A program made the position numbers and the translations under genes. Of a DNA stretch of 64,000 bases, positions 11,301-21,394 are shown in pieces (position 1 is the first letter of the stretch; every line of letters begins with the position of its first letter). The notes below the pieces were generated by a model. The model was given only the letters and a program-made list of their open reading frames with translations. It searched no databases and was not told where the DNA came from. This stretch comes from an uncultured Candidatus Saccharibacteria bacterium (lineage in GTDB: Bacteria > Patescibacteriota > Doudnabacteria > UBA920), in the NCBI GenBank assembly GCA_964631145.1, contig CAZVXT010000001.1:127151-191150 (forward strand), in the 5' to 3' direction.

Positions 11301-14300
11301 AGGGGGAGCAGGTGACGGTACAAACTCTCCTTTAGGCACCATTGCAGCAGGTACGACGATAGCTAACGTTGCAGCTCTTGATCTTAATGGATTTACATTG
11401 TCGACCGCGGAAGCAATAACATCTATGAACGGATTAGGATATGGATTTGGGTCTACCGTGTCTGCTGGTAATAGTAATATGGGAGCATTAATGAATGGTT
11501 CTGGTTCATCGGTTAGTTATAGCGGAGCTATTACCTTGGCTGCGGCGTCACGTATTAATGCAGATTATGGCAGCTTAACTATAAGTAGTGCAATCTCCGG
11601 TGCTTTTGGTTTAACTGTTGGTGGTTTTAGCGATAGTACTTTTTCTGGCGTTATCGGTACAGGTACTGGAACTATTACAAAAGATGGTATTGGAGTATTA
11701 ACTCTTTCAAATAGTAATACTTACACTGGCGTAACTACTATTAGCGTAGGAACTGTAAAGTTGGGTACTGCAGGTGGTGCAACTAATACTCCTTTAGGTA
11801 CAACAGCTGGTGCAACTACTGTAGCTTTGGGCGCACGTTTAGATTTGGCTGGTTTTACCTTGGGGGCTGCTGAACCTTTAACTCTAAATGGAGTTGGATA
11901 TGGTCTCGGTGATTTTGCTAGCGGTGCTTTAATAAATAGCTCAATTGCCAGCGTAACTTATAGTGGACTACTTACGTTAGGTTCGGCATCAACTATTAAG
12001 GCTGATTCGGGAAATATTAGTTTGAGTAATGCGGGAACCATAACTGGTGCAACTTTTGCGTTAACATTAGGTGGAGTTGGAACAGGGACAGTGTCTAGTA
12101 TTATTGGAACGACTACAGGTACTGTAACAAAAATTGATACTGGAACATGGACTCTTGCCGGGGTTAATACTTATACAGGTGCAACTAACGTCAACCTTGG
12201 AACTTTAAAATATGGAGTTAATGATGCAGCTGGTGGCGGACCTCTTGGAACAGCTGCTGCAGGAACAAGCGTTTTTAGCGGTGCTGTTTTAGACTTTAAT
12301 GGTTTTTCTACAGTTACTTTAGCTGAGGTGCTTACTATAAATGGACGAGGAATTGGTAATGGCGGTGCTATTGTAAATAGCGCAGGAGGTCTTAAGAGTC
12401 AACTTGGTGGAGTTGTGTTAGGTAGTGATTCTCGCATTTCAATATCATCAGGTACATTAACATTTAATGGAGGTGTAACTGGTGCCTTTGCTTTGTATGT
12501 TGGTGGAGCAGGAAATGTGACATTTACTACCGGGGTGCTTGCTATGGGTGCAGGGTCATTAGTCAAACAAGGAGCGGGAACTGTAACGGCAACAGGCACT
12601 CATACTTATACCGGTGTGACGCGTATTGATGCTGGAACTTTTGCATATGGAAGCAATGTTACGGTTCTGGCAGGTACCAATCTAACTGTAGCTGGAGGTG
12701 TATTTGATATGGCTGCTAGTACTGATACTATTGGTACAGTAACTTTGATTGATGGGACTATACAAAATGGTACTCTGACAGCTACAACTAGCTACACTTT
12801 TGAAAAGGGTACTGTTAGTGCTGTTCTCGCAGGTACGACTTTGCCAATGACTAAAAATACAAATAACACCCTAACTTTAACAGCTGCAAATACAAATACT
12901 GGAACTTTAACCATTAATGCTGGTAGTGTTGTATTTAGTGGTTCCGGTAGTGCAACGGCGATTACAGGTTTAACTCTAAACTTAGGATCAACGTTAACAT
13001 TAGATAATTCTACTACAGCAGTTGCAAGTCGCCTGCCAGATGCGTTGGCTGTAACTATGAATGGAGCTAATTTCAACTTTATTGGTAATACTGCTGCAGC
13101 TTCATCAGAAACAGCTGGTGCGTTGACTCTTTCCTCAGGTCATAATGTTGTGACTATTACTCCTGGTGCTGGTGGGTCTACAACAATGACTTTTGCGAGT
13201 TTTGCCCGCACCGCTGGTGCAACAGTGCTCTTTAGAGGTACCAGCCTTGGTGCAACTCCAGCTGCTAATGTTTCTACACTGTTGTTTACTACATCAACTG
13301 GTATATTAACCGGTGCCGCAGGTGCCGCTAACTCTACTACTGTTAGTGTAATTAAAGGTGCCTTTGGAGACAGTTCTTTAAGTGGTAATGGAAGTGATAT
13401 GGTTACCTATAATACAGGAAATACTAATGGCTTAAGACTATTGAATGGCGCTGGTTTTAGTGGGGAGTATGCAACAAACTTGGCTACATTAAACTCTAAT
13501 GTAAAATTATCTGCTGATGCTGCTGCAACCACACAAAGTATAAACTCTCTTATTTTAAATGGTTTTTCTATTACTAATCCAGGAACTGCTCAAACTCTTA
13601 CTTTAGCTTCTGCATCACTTGCAGGAAATATTTTGATGAATTCTGCTACCAACATAGCTGGTGCTAATGCAACGATTGGTATTACGACGTTAGAATTAGA
13701 TATCTTAGCTACTGCCAATGGTACGGTGTCTGCAGTAGTTGGTACAGCTGTGGCAGGTTCGTTGGTTCTTAGTGGAAGCGGTAATGTAACCTTTAGCGCA
13801 GCTAATGCTTATACCGGTACAACTTTTATAAATAATGCAACTCTAACATACGGCGCAAGTAATGTACTGTCTAGCGGTGGTGTAACCATGGTTAGCGGTA
13901 CTTACAATTTAAATGGTAATTCTGATACAATTGGGGCTTTGGTGGTGAATGCAGCAAGGATTGATAGTGGTGCTGGGACTTTAACTTTTAGCGGCTCGTT
14001 TACTAGCACAGCAAATAATAATGTAACTACCATTGTATTGGGTAATTTGGCGTTGGGTGGGGCTGGAACTTTTAACATTGGAAATGGATTAATGGATAAC
14101 GATGTTGTTATTTCTGCAGTTATTAGCGGTGCTACTACTTTGACTAAATCAACTGGAGCTGGTGTTTTACTTCTTTCAGGTAGTAATACTTACACTGGTT
14201 TAACTACAGTTAGTGCTGGTACTATTCGTCTAGGTGCTACGGGAGGCGCTACTAATACACCACTTGGCACGACAGCCGCCGGTACTACAGTTTCTGGTGC

Positions 14301-17300
14301 AAGCTCTGCTTTAGACCTAAATGGGTATACGTTGGGAACTGCGGAACCACTCACTTTAAGCGGAGCTTTAGCTACAGGAGCTCTGCAAAACACTTCTAGT
14401 ACCGCGGTTACTTATAGTGGATTGATTACTTTAGGTGCTGCTAGTACTATAATTTCTAACTACGGTGATATTAATATTTCTAATGGTGGTACTATTACAG
14501 GTGCAACATTTGGTTTAACTATTGGTGGTGCGGGTAATGGAACATTATCTAGTATATTAGGAACCACTAGTGGAACTTTAACAAAAAATGGTCTTGGTGT
14601 GTGGACAGTCTCCGGTTCCAGTACTTATACAGGGTTAACAACCATTAGTGCTGGAACTCTAAGGTTGGGTTCAGCAGGTGGTGCAACCAATACTCCTTTG
14701 GGTACAACAGGTGGTGCTACTTCAATAACTAGTGGTGCAATTTTGGATTTAAATGGATTTACATTAGGAACTGCTGAGGCTCTTACTATTAACGGTACCG
14801 GTATCGCAAGTATCGGAGCGCTTATTACAAGCTCCGGAAGCGCTACTTCTTATAGCGGTGCCATTACTATGGGTGCTGCTTCGCGTGTAGCTAATTACGG
14901 TAGTGGTGAATTTACCATAACTGGTGCGATATCTGGAAACTTTGCATTAACTACTGTAACTGTAGGTGGAATAACTCAATCTTCTGGTAGTGTTTGGTCT
15001 GGTACTGGGGCTTTGGTAAAAGAAGGATCTGGTGTATTAACTTTAGCTGGTCAGAATTCGATGACCGGTGCAATGACTGTAAGCACAGGAACCTTAAGGC
15101 TTGGTGCTAATGGCGGAGTTACAAATACACCATTGGGTACTATAGCGGGTGGAGTTACGGTATCGGCAGGTGCGGTACTAGATTTATCAACTTTTACAGT
15201 AGGCGGTGCTTCAACTTGGGAACCTTTAACTTTAAACGGTAGTGGTTTATTAAACGGTGGGGCATTGATAAGTAATTCTTCAACAGGTAGTAGCTTTGCA
15301 ACAATAGCCCAGACTAACTCTCGCATTGTTAATAATGGTGCTGGGACATTAACTATTACTGGTGCTGTAACAGGTGCTTCAACATTTTGGGTTGGTGGTT
15401 CTGGAAATACAGCCATTTCTGGTGCACTTAATACAGCTGGTTTGTTATTAACTAAATACGGTTCTGGGACATTAACTCTTAGCAGTGCTGTAAATATAAA
15501 CACTTCTTTGGTTCGTATTAATGCTGGTACTTTGGCTTACGCTGTGGCAGATGCGCTTTCAACCCCGGCTGTAACTGTAGCCGGAGGTACGTTAAATTTA
15601 AACGGATTTAATGAAACAAATATCGGAGCTATCACATTAATTGATGGTAGTATAGTTAACACTGGTGCAGCCGCTACACTAACTTCTACAGCTACATATA
15701 CTTTAGAAAACGGCACAATAAGCGCTGCCCTTGGTGGTACTGTTGTTGCTGCTATTGCAAAAAATACTGCCGGCAGAGTTATACTGTCTGGTGACAATTC
15801 GTTCAGCGGTGCGTCTGCTACTATTGCGGTGAATGCAGGGTATCTTAATTTGCGCCATAACAATGCTTTAGGGGCGGCTGCCAGTGCTAATACGACTACA
15901 ATTTCTGGTGGAGCAACCGTGGAATTAGAAAACAATATCACTATTCCAAGTGTTAAAGCATTTACTGTTAACGGCACTGGTGTTGCAAAATCAGGTGCAA
16001 TCAGAAACGTTAGTGGTACCAATACTATTTCTGCAAATATTACTTTAGGTTCAACCAATGTTCGTATTAACTCTGATAGTGGCACTTTAACAATTCCAAC
16101 TATATCAGGAAATACCTTTAATGTAATTTTAGGAGGTTCTGGTGATACTACAGTTACAGGCGCTATCGGTACTACTAGTGGTTCTGTAACAAAAGATGGT
16201 TCTGGGACCTCTACATTATCTGGTACTAATACTTACACAGGAAGCACTACTATTATTTTAGGAACTATTGCAGCAAATAGTTCTGCATCAATCGGTAATG
16301 GTAGTTCTACTAATACTTTAATTTTTAATGGAGGAACCTTAAAAGCTACTGGTACTATTACGTCTCTTGCGACTAGAGCAGTAAGTTTATATGGCAATGG
16401 AACAATTGACACCAATGGAAATAGTGTTAGCATAGCTGGTACAGTTGGATCTATCGGTGGACTTACAAAGAGTGGTCTTGGTACATTAACTCTCACTGGC
16501 GTTACTGTAATTGGAGGGGACTTAAATATTTCTGCTGGTACTTTTGTAGCACCAACTTCGCTAACATTAAATGGAAATTTGAGTAATAGCGGTACATTTA
16601 CCCATAGCAGTGGAACTGTAACTATTACACCTACAACACCATCTAATACTATTAGTATTACGGGAAGTTCTGGTATTACATTTAATAACCTGACTAATAC
16701 CACACCGGGGTCAACTATTAAATTCCAAAACGGTAATACATATGCATTTAGTGGAACCTTAACTTTAACGGGAACGGAAACTGCTCCTATATGGTTAAGC
16801 AGTGTGTCTCCTGGATCTCAATGGAATGTAACTTTAGCCACTACAGCACTGACCTGGGTTGCTGTCCAAGATTCTAATTGCAGTGGTGGACAATCCATTA
16901 CTGCAGGAAATCAAACTATCCTTGATCAAGGTAATAATACCGGGTCTTGTTGGTTGTTTATTAGCCGTAGTTCTGGCGGCGGTGGTGGACCAAGTGAGGG
17001 CGGTCCTGGTGCTGGTGGTAACAGCGGTGGTAATGGAGGTAGTGGTAACGGTAATAGTGGTAGTGGAGGTAATGTTCAGGCTACAGCTACTGCAACTTTA
17101 CAAAGCGGTGCGGTAAATAATGTAATTTTAGGAGTTGGTGGCAGTGGATATACTGATATTCCATTAGTATGTTTCAGCGGTGGTTCTCCTAGCGTAGATG
17201 GAGTTGTAGTCGCAATTATATCTGGTGGGGCAGTAACAGGATTTAATTTAATCTCAGGGGGTAGCGGATATGGATCCATACCTTTAGTAATTATTGCAGC

Positions 17301-17382
17301 TCCTGGAACAAGTGGTGGTACATGTGGAAGCAGTGTTGGCGGAGGCGGAGCTGGAGGTGGAGGCGGCGGAGCGGCACCATAA
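8380..17382 (+). CDS. Giant (3000 aa) secreted protein built of autotransporter-associated beta-strand repeats (PATR/TIGR02601-like), with a Gly-rich low-complexity C-terminus
   Basis: Signal/TM anchor 'LLYVGVFIVASLWFLGSA'. Dozens of 'GTLTLSGxNTYTGxTTIxxGTLxLG' repeats. ~280-aa internal segmental duplication. C-terminal 'GGGGGPSEGGPGAGGNSGGNGG...GGGGAGGGGGGAAP'. Confidence 0.85.
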   Translation: MTKIKIKLNYQNYIKALLYVGVFIVASLWFLGSAQKTFAATRTWTGITSNLWSVASNWGGTAPVTGDDLVFPSGASNLSNVNDLTENTIINSITFTGSGYTISGNKFILGAGVAGITDSVSSGGNTLSLDIRLDSTRDFYVTNSTEALTISGRIDGVGGINKEGLGTLILSGSNTYGGTTKINTGVINARTNTALGTIAAGTEVVGGAALELQNSISISYEALTLRGYGVSGGGALRNVGNNNTFGGLITLTSAGGTEISSDSGTLTITGGITGAFPLVFDGAGNITFSTTPIATAAGIVTKNGLGTVTYNFPNTYTGLTTVNAGTLAYGIDNAILSGAVTVTGGTLNIGTFSDMVGTVTLGTLDLANGTITGSTGILSSATWTVYNGTISAIIAGDGGALTKSTSGTVTLTRANQYTGATTISLGVLKIQDSNALGLIDGITTVTAGATLQVDGDGLSIPEYITFSGAGHLYYGAILNSTGNNTLTGLLTMGATAMIKSNIGTTLTVDGKGLLASGVPLYIGGAGDITFTSTAPIYGTTASLIKNDSGVLRIQSFSNYTGATTINRGTLELSSAGALPSSAITVNSGGVFTIDNSSISALNRMSETAAFTMNGGRFNFIGSATNSTSESTGALTLSSGHNIITITPGSGGSTTMTFASLSRTAGATALFRGTNFGSTPAANVSTLMFTTAPTLTGASGSAGTTTVSVIKGVFGDGYLNGNGSDMVTYNVGNTNGVRLLNGAGNSGEYATTLTTNANVKLTADVVASTASINSLILNGFSITNPGSAATLTIASASLSGNVLINSATSISGSNTTIGITTLELDILATANGTISAVVGTAVTGSMTLSGTGNITLSAASAYTGTTTINNATLTYGASNVLSSGGVTVNGGTLDIGANSDTVGAVILQNGVITGGVGILTGTSYSFREGTVSAIIAGAVTVTVVATNAASDAVVTMTRNNTYTGATAISSGILKLGGAGDGTNSPLGTIAAGTTIANVAALDLNGFTLSTAEAITSMNGLGYGFGSTVSAGNSNMGALMNGSGSSVSYSGAITLAAASRINADYGSLTISSAISGAFGLTVGGFSDSTFSGVIGTGTGTITKDGIGVLTLSNSNTYTGVTTISVGTVKLGTAGGATNTPLGTTAGATTVALGARLDLAGFTLGAAEPLTLNGVGYGLGDFASGALINSSIASVTYSGLLTLGSASTIKADSGNISLSNAGTITGATFALTLGGVGTGTVSSIIGTTTGTVTKIDTGTWTLAGVNTYTGATNVNLGTLKYGVNDAAGGGPLGTAAAGTSVFSGAVLDFNGFSTVTLAEVLTINGRGIGNGGAIVNSAGGLKSQLGGVVLGSDSRISISSGTLTFNGGVTGAFALYVGGAGNVTFTTGVLAMGAGSLVKQGAGTVTATGTHTYTGVTRIDAGTFAYGSNVTVLAGTNLTVAGGVFDMAASTDTIGTVTLIDGTIQNGTLTATTSYTFEKGTVSAVLAGTTLPMTKNTNNTLTLTAANTNTGTLTINAGSVVFSGSGSATAITGLTLNLGSTLTLDNSTTAVASRLPDALAVTMNGANFNFIGNTAAASSETAGALTLSSGHNVVTITPGAGGSTTMTFASFARTAGATVLFRGTSLGATPAANVSTLLFTTSTGILTGAAGAANSTTVSVIKGAFGDSSLSGNGSDMVTYNTGNTNGLRLLNGAGFSGEYATNLATLNSNVKLSADAAATTQSINSLILNGFSITNPGTAQTLTLASASLAGNILMNSATNIAGANATIGITTLELDILATANGTVSAVVGTAVAGSLVLSGSGNVTFSAANAYTGTTFINNATLTYGASNVLSSGGVTMVSGTYNLNGNSDTIGALVVNAARIDSGAGTLTFSGSFTSTANNNVTTIVLGNLALGGAGTFNIGNGLMDNDVVISAVISGATTLTKSTGAGVLLLSGSNTYTGLTTVSAGTIRLGATGGATNTPLGTTAAGTTVSGASSALDLNGYTLGTAEPLTLSGALATGALQNTSSTAVTYSGLITLGAASTIISNYGDINISNGGTITGATFGLTIGGAGNGTLSSILGTTSGTLTKNGLGVWTVSGSSTYTGLTTISAGTLRLGSAGGATNTPLGTTGGATSITSGAILDLNGFTLGTAEALTINGTGIASIGALITSSGSATSYSGAITMGAASRVANYGSGEFTITGAISGNFALTTVTVGGITQSSGSVWSGTGALVKEGSGVLTLAGQNSMTGAMTVSTGTLRLGANGGVTNTPLGTIAGGVTVSAGAVLDLSTFTVGGASTWEPLTLNGSGLLNGGALISNSSTGSSFATIAQTNSRIVNNGAGTLTITGAVTGASTFWVGGSGNTAISGALNTAGLLLTKYGSGTLTLSSAVNINTSLVRINAGTLAYAVADALSTPAVTVAGGTLNLNGFNETNIGAITLIDGSIVNTGAAATLTSTATYTLENGTISAALGGTVVAAIAKNTAGRVILSGDNSFSGASATIAVNAGYLNLRHNNALGAAASANTTTISGGATVELENNITIPSVKAFTVNGTGVAKSGAIRNVSGTNTISANITLGSTNVRINSDSGTLTIPTISGNTFNVILGGSGDTTVTGAIGTTSGSVTKDGSGTSTLSGTNTYTGSTTIILGTIAANSSASIGNGSSTNTLIFNGGTLKATGTITSLATRAVSLYGNGTIDTNGNSVSIAGTVGSIGGLTKSGLGTLTLTGVTVIGGDLNISAGTFVAPTSLTLNGNLSNSGTFTHSSGTVTITPTTPSNTISITGSSGITFNNLTNTTPGSTIKFQNGNTYAFSGTLTLTGTETAPIWLSSVSPGSQWNVTLATTALTWVAVQDSNCSGGQSITAGNQTILDQGNNTGSCWLFISRSSGGGGGPSEGGPGAGGNSGGNGGSGNGNSGSGGNVQATATATLQSGAVNNVILGVGGSGYTDIPLVCFSGGSPSVDGVVVAIISGGAVTGFNLISGGSGYGSIPLVIIAAPGTSGGTCGSSVGGGGAGGGGGGAAP

Positions 17383-17392
17383 ATAAATTTTA

Positions 17393-17424
17393 AAACTCAA
17401 GTTTTACAACTTGAGTTTTTTATT
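17393..17424 (+). terminator. Rho-independent terminator after the 3000-aa gene
   Basis: Hairpin AAACTCAAGTT-ttac-AACTTGAGTTT followed by TTTTATTT. Confidence 0.8.
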
Positions 17425-17488
17425 TAAAAAGCCATATTATACAGATTATATAGTATAATTAATAATAGAAGAGTTTAATCTAATTCCG

Positions 17489-18418
17489 TTGATTTTTAAA
17501 GGACAAAAAAATAAAAAAATAAGTAAAATTATCAAGTTATATATATTGATAGTAATTTTATTTTTCCCATCATTTTTAAGTATAAATATTGCACATTCAG
17601 CTTCGCAAAATTTGGATGTAACGGCTGTTGTAGTTGATGAAAATGCTTTACCGAGTTCAGGTAGTGGGACTCTTACCGGAACAGTTGTATTGACTGGAAA
17701 TATTTTTCCAGGAGCTAAACTAACATTGCTCAAAGACGGTGTTATTGTGACGACTTTGGTAGTGGGTGGTGATGGCAAATTTCAGATTACAATGAATAAC
17801 TTAAGCTTTGGCTCTTACCAAGTATCTTTACTTGCTGAAGATCCTCAAGGAGTTCAATCTGCACCTTTTACCACTAATGTTAATTTACAAAACACCCAAC
17901 CTATTTCTCTTAACAATGTTTTAATACCTCCAACTTTAAGTTTTAAGTCCACTGTAATTTCTCAGTCAGAAAACATTAATGCTTATGGATATTCTGTACC
18001 AAACTCTACAGTGAGTTTGGAATTACCGGGAAGCGGGCTTTTGGCAAATGCTAATACTGATAGTAATGGTTACTATCAAATTACTACGCATTCTAGTTTA
18101 ACTCCCGGAACTTATTTATTTAGAACTAAAGTTAAATTTAAGGATGTGTATAGTTTATATAGTAAGCCAGTTCAAGTTTTAATTTATAATGGACCACCTG
18201 TGCCGGGAGATGTTAAAGATGATGGAAATCCAAAACCCCCTCCGCAATTTTCTTCTTGTATGGATTTTAATAAGGATCGACGGGTAAATTTGGTAGACTT
18301 CTCTATATTATTATTTTGGTTTAATAAAAGTGAACCCCCAAGTAGTGTAGATTGTAATAAGGATAGGGTGATAGATATCAAAGATTTTAGTATCTTAATG
18401 TATTTTTGGACAGGATAA
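17489..18418 (+). CDS. Secreted Ig-like/Big-domain protein with a C-terminal dockerin-like tandem Ca-binding repeat
   Basis: N-terminal hydrophobic anchor. C-terminus 'DFNKDRRVNLVDFSILL' and 'DCNKDRVIDIKDFSILM' fits the dockerin DxNxDxxVNxxDxxxL pair. The start is TTG at 17489; an alternative start is possible. Confidence 0.65.
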   Translation: MIFKGQKNKKISKIIKLYILIVILFFPSFLSINIAHSASQNLDVTAVVVDENALPSSGSGTLTGTVVLTGNIFPGAKLTLLKDGVIVTTLVVGGDGKFQITMNNLSFGSYQVSLLAEDPQGVQSAPFTTNVNLQNTQPISLNNVLIPPTLSFKSTVISQSENINAYGYSVPNSTVSLELPGSGLLANANTDSNGYYQITTHSSLTPGTYLFRTKVKFKDVYSLYSKPVQVLIYNGPPVPGDVKDDGNPKPPPQFSSCMDFNKDRRVNLVDFSILLFWFNKSEPPSSVDCNKDRVIDIKDFSILMYFWTG

Positions 18419-19347
18419 TGAAGTTATCTATAAAAAAAACTTATTTAATATTGATAATATCTTTGTTGATGCCAGCATGTGTTCATGCGGCTGATTTGGG
18501 TTTTGCCCCTGATGTGGTTTCTCCAAATCAATCTCAAAGTTTCGTTGTAAGTGTGGTCGTGGGAAGTGCAGAACCTATTAATGCTATTGAGGGACAGCTT
18601 CTAGTTAAGTCACCATTGTCTGTAAAAGAGATTAACATCGGATCATCTATAGTCACTTATTGGGTTAAGCAACCAGTTTGGGATCCTGTCAAAAAGACTA
18701 TTTCTTTCGGAGGCACTATACCAGGTGGTTATAATGGTAAAAACGGTGTCTTATTTAATGTTATTTTTAATGCTTTAAACTCAAGCGATGATACAATAGA
18801 TGCCTTAAAATTTATCAAAACTCAAGCTTTGATTAATGACGGGTTGGGTAGTGTAGCCAATATTAATACCACAACATTATCTATCAAGAAAGATACTGAA
18901 GCTTCTAACATCTTAAAAGATATAGAGTTATATGCTGATGATTATAAAAAAGATAGCGTGCCTCCAGAAGTTTTTTACCCTCAGGTATCTCGCGATGACC
19001 GTGTATATGTTGGAAAATGGTTTATAGTATTTTCTACAACAGATAAGCAAAGTGGTGTTGATAGATATGAAATTCAAGAAAGTAAATCAGGAAATATTGA
19101 TTCGCAAAAATGGAAGATCGCAGAAAGTCCTTATGTTTTAGAGGACCAACAACTACAAAGTTATATATATGTTACCGCTATAGATAAGCAGGGTAATGAA
19201 AGAATTATAAAAGTATCTCCAAAGTATTTAATACCATGGTACGATAAGTATAAGAACGCTTTGTATGTGCTAGGGTTGTTTTTGATAATTATAGTAATTT
19301 TTATTGTTAAAAGATTTATCTATAAAAAGAATGAACTTGAAGTTTAA
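18406..19347 (+). CDS. Cohesin-like domain protein with a C-terminal TM anchor. Start 18406 or 18418 (ATGA overlap with the upstream stop).
   Basis: Signal peptide 'MKLSIKKTYLILIISLLMPACVHA'. Cohesin-like core 'SFVVSVVVGSAEPINAIEGQLLV...'. Shares an 'FSTTDxxSGxDRYEI' Ig/FN3-like module with the next gene. C-terminal TM 'LYVLGLFLIIIVIFIV'. Confidence 0.6.
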   Translation: MDRIMKLSIKKTYLILIISLLMPACVHAADLGFAPDVVSPNQSQSFVVSVVVGSAEPINAIEGQLLVKSPLSVKEINIGSSIVTYWVKQPVWDPVKKTISFGGTIPGGYNGKNGVLFNVIFNALNSSDDTIDALKFIKTQALINDGLGSVANINTTTLSIKKDTEASNILKDIELYADDYKKDSVPPEVFYPQVSRDDRVYVGKWFIVFSTTDKQSGVDRYEIQESKSGNIDSQKWKIAESPYVLEDQQLQSYIYVTAIDKQGNERIIKVSPKYLIPWYDKYKNALYVLGLFLIIIVIFIVKRFIYKKNELEV

Positions 19348-21385
19348 GAAAATTTTATTATTACCAATTTTTGCATTTGCTATATTTTTGTCATGGACAA
19401 TTTTTACTAATGTTGCCAGTGCGGCGAGTTTAAATATCAGTCCAGGCTCAGGTACTTATAAAGTAGGTGACACCTTTGAAGTATCTGTTTTGTTAAATAC
19501 TCAAAATCAAGAAGTTAATGCTGTGCAGATGGAGTTGGCGTTTCCTCCTGATAAGTTGCAATTAGTTTCTCCGTCGACCGGGACTTCTATTATTAGCATT
19601 TATACAACACCTCCAAAGTATGATAATGCAAAAGGTGTTGTACAGATTATTGGTGGAATTCCAAATGGTGTAAATGTTCCTAGCGGGTTAGTTACAAAAT
19701 TAATTTTTAGAGTTAAAAGTTTAGGGCAGGCGACTATTAGGTTTACTGGGCAAAGCCAGGTTTTGCTAAACGATGGTAAGGGTACAAATGCTTTAAACAA
19801 TAGCAATGGGGCAACTTTTAAACTTGAGTTACCTGCACAGGCTGGTCCAATTGTAATTTCAGATTCGCACCCTGACCAAGAAACTTGGTATAAAAATCAA
19901 GCTGTAACTTTACAATGGGATTTGGATTTGCCAGCTGCCAATGGTTATAGTTACTCGATGAGTGATAACCCATCTGATGAACCGGATGATTCTATCGACT
20001 CTACAGATACAAAAATAACTTATAAAAAAGTCCCTGATGGTATAAATTATTTCCATATTAAGGCGATGCGTGGTGGTAAGTTTGGAGGTGTAAGTCATTA
20101 TGCTGTTAAAATTGACAGTAGTGCTCCTGCCTTGTTTCCTGTTCAGATTTCTCCATCAGACCACACATTTATTACTAGCCCATTTGTTCAATTTTCAACA
20201 ACTGATACTTTATCTGGACTAGATAGATACGAAATTAAAGTTATTCCTTTAAAAATTGAAGGGCGTCCAAAAGCCGCTGAGGGGGATCAATTGTTTATAG
20301 AATCTCAAAGTCCTTATCAAATCCCTAATTTACTAAATGGAACTTACGAGGTTGTGGTAAGAGCTTACGATAAAGCTGGTAATATCCAAGAAGTTAATCA
20401 TAAATTGTATATTACAGATTCGTGGTTTTGGTTTTTGAGTCAAGATGGCGTAACCTTGCCAGGAGGAAAACAAGTTAGCTGGTCATGGTCTGTAGGTATC
20501 TTACTATTCTTGTTGATGATTCTAATCATTGGTTCATATTATGTTCGCAAATGGTATCGCAGAACTCATCATCAGGTTGTTAATAATCACCTTCCTGATG
20601 CTATTGCGGCGCAGCTTACTGAGCTTCAAACTTATAGAGAAAGATATGGCAAATTGGCCGCTGTTTTATTGCTAGTAATCGGTTTATCTCTATTTTCTAA
20701 ATCTACAATAGTTAACGCACAACAAGTGACTCCTCCGGTAATTTCTAGCTATTCTGCAAATATTAAAGATGACGAACTTTTTTATGTATCTGGGAGAACT
20801 ACAGAGCCAAATAGTACAATAGTCGTACATTTACAAAGTTTGGTTGATGGAAGTAGTTTCGATTTTAACACTCAAGCAGACAAGCTGGGTGATTGGACGT
20901 ATCGCAGCAGCGATTTCTTGGCGGGAGGGAGATATATAGTTTGGGCTCATACTAAATTAGGGGATCAATTATCTACTCCAAGCCCTCAAGTGGAGCTTGA
21001 TGTTAAGCCAGTGGCAATAAATTGGGGTAATAGCCGCATCACATACCAAACAATTTATATTACTTTTATTGCGATTTTAGCATTATTATTGTTTGCACTA
21101 ACGGCTTATATAATTATTCACGCAATCTTACTAAGAAAGCGCAAAAAAGTATTTGCTAACAATTTAAGACAGGCTGAAGATTCGATTAAAAGAGGTTTTT
21201 TGGCACTCAGGCGCGATATTGAAGCAGAGCTTTTGTTGATACGAAAAGCTGGGCTTAATGCAGAGTTGTCAGGCGAGCAAAAAGTTCGAGAACAGCAACT
21301 ATCTGATGATTTAAGGAATATCGAAAATTTGGTTGGCAAAGAAATTTGGCAGCTAGAAACTTTTGAAAAATTGCCAAGTAATTAA
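19331..21385 (+). CDS. Cohesin-like domain membrane protein with Ig-like modules, several TM helices and a C-terminal coiled-coil region
   Basis: Signal peptide 'MNLKFKKILLLPIFAFAIFLSWTIFTNVASA' (ATG at 19331; the track start 19304 is TTG). Cohesin-like 'VGDTFEVSVLLNTQNQEVNAVQMELAFPPDKLQLV'. Shared FN3/Ig-like module with the previous gene. Three TM segments. Confidence 0.6.
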   Translation: MNLKFKKILLLPIFAFAIFLSWTIFTNVASAASLNISPGSGTYKVGDTFEVSVLLNTQNQEVNAVQMELAFPPDKLQLVSPSTGTSIISIYTTPPKYDNAKGVVQIIGGIPNGVNVPSGLVTKLIFRVKSLGQATIRFTGQSQVLLNDGKGTNALNNSNGATFKLELPAQAGPIVISDSHPDQETWYKNQAVTLQWDLDLPAANGYSYSMSDNPSDEPDDSIDSTDTKITYKKVPDGINYFHIKAMRGGKFGGVSHYAVKIDSSAPALFPVQISPSDHTFITSPFVQFSTTDTLSGLDRYEIKVIPLKIEGRPKAAEGDQLFIESQSPYQIPNLLNGTYEVVVRAYDKAGNIQEVNHKLYITDSWFWFLSQDGVTLPGGKQVSWSWSVGILLFLLMILIIGSYYVRKWYRRTHHQVVNNHLPDAIAAQLTELQTYRERYGKLAAVLLLVIGLSLFSKSTIVNAQQVTPPVISSYSANIKDDELFYVSGRTTEPNSTIVVHLQSLVDGSSFDFNTQADKLGDWTYRSSDFLAGGRYIVWAHTKLGDQLSTPSPQVELDVKPVAINWGNSRITYQTIYITFIAILALLLFALTAYIIIHAILLRKRKKVFANNLRQAEDSIKRGFLALRRDIEAELLLIRKAGLNAELSGEQKVREQQLSDDLRNIENLVGKEIWQLETFEKLPSN

Positions 21386-21394
21386 TAATAAAAG

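Noticed and set aside
783-17116. Many 60-180-aa ORFs on the minus strand (and a few on the plus strand) inside the two giant genes, e.g. 783-1142, 10053-10493, 15537-16085
   Set aside because: They are antisense or out-of-frame overlaps of long, repeat-rich, compositionally biased coding sequence with no SDs. They are expected artefacts of S/T/G/A-rich codon runs.
17446-17778. ORF (110 aa, minus strand) overlapping the dockerin-protein gene start and terminator region
   Set aside because: It is antisense to a well-supported gene and crosses the rho-independent terminator.
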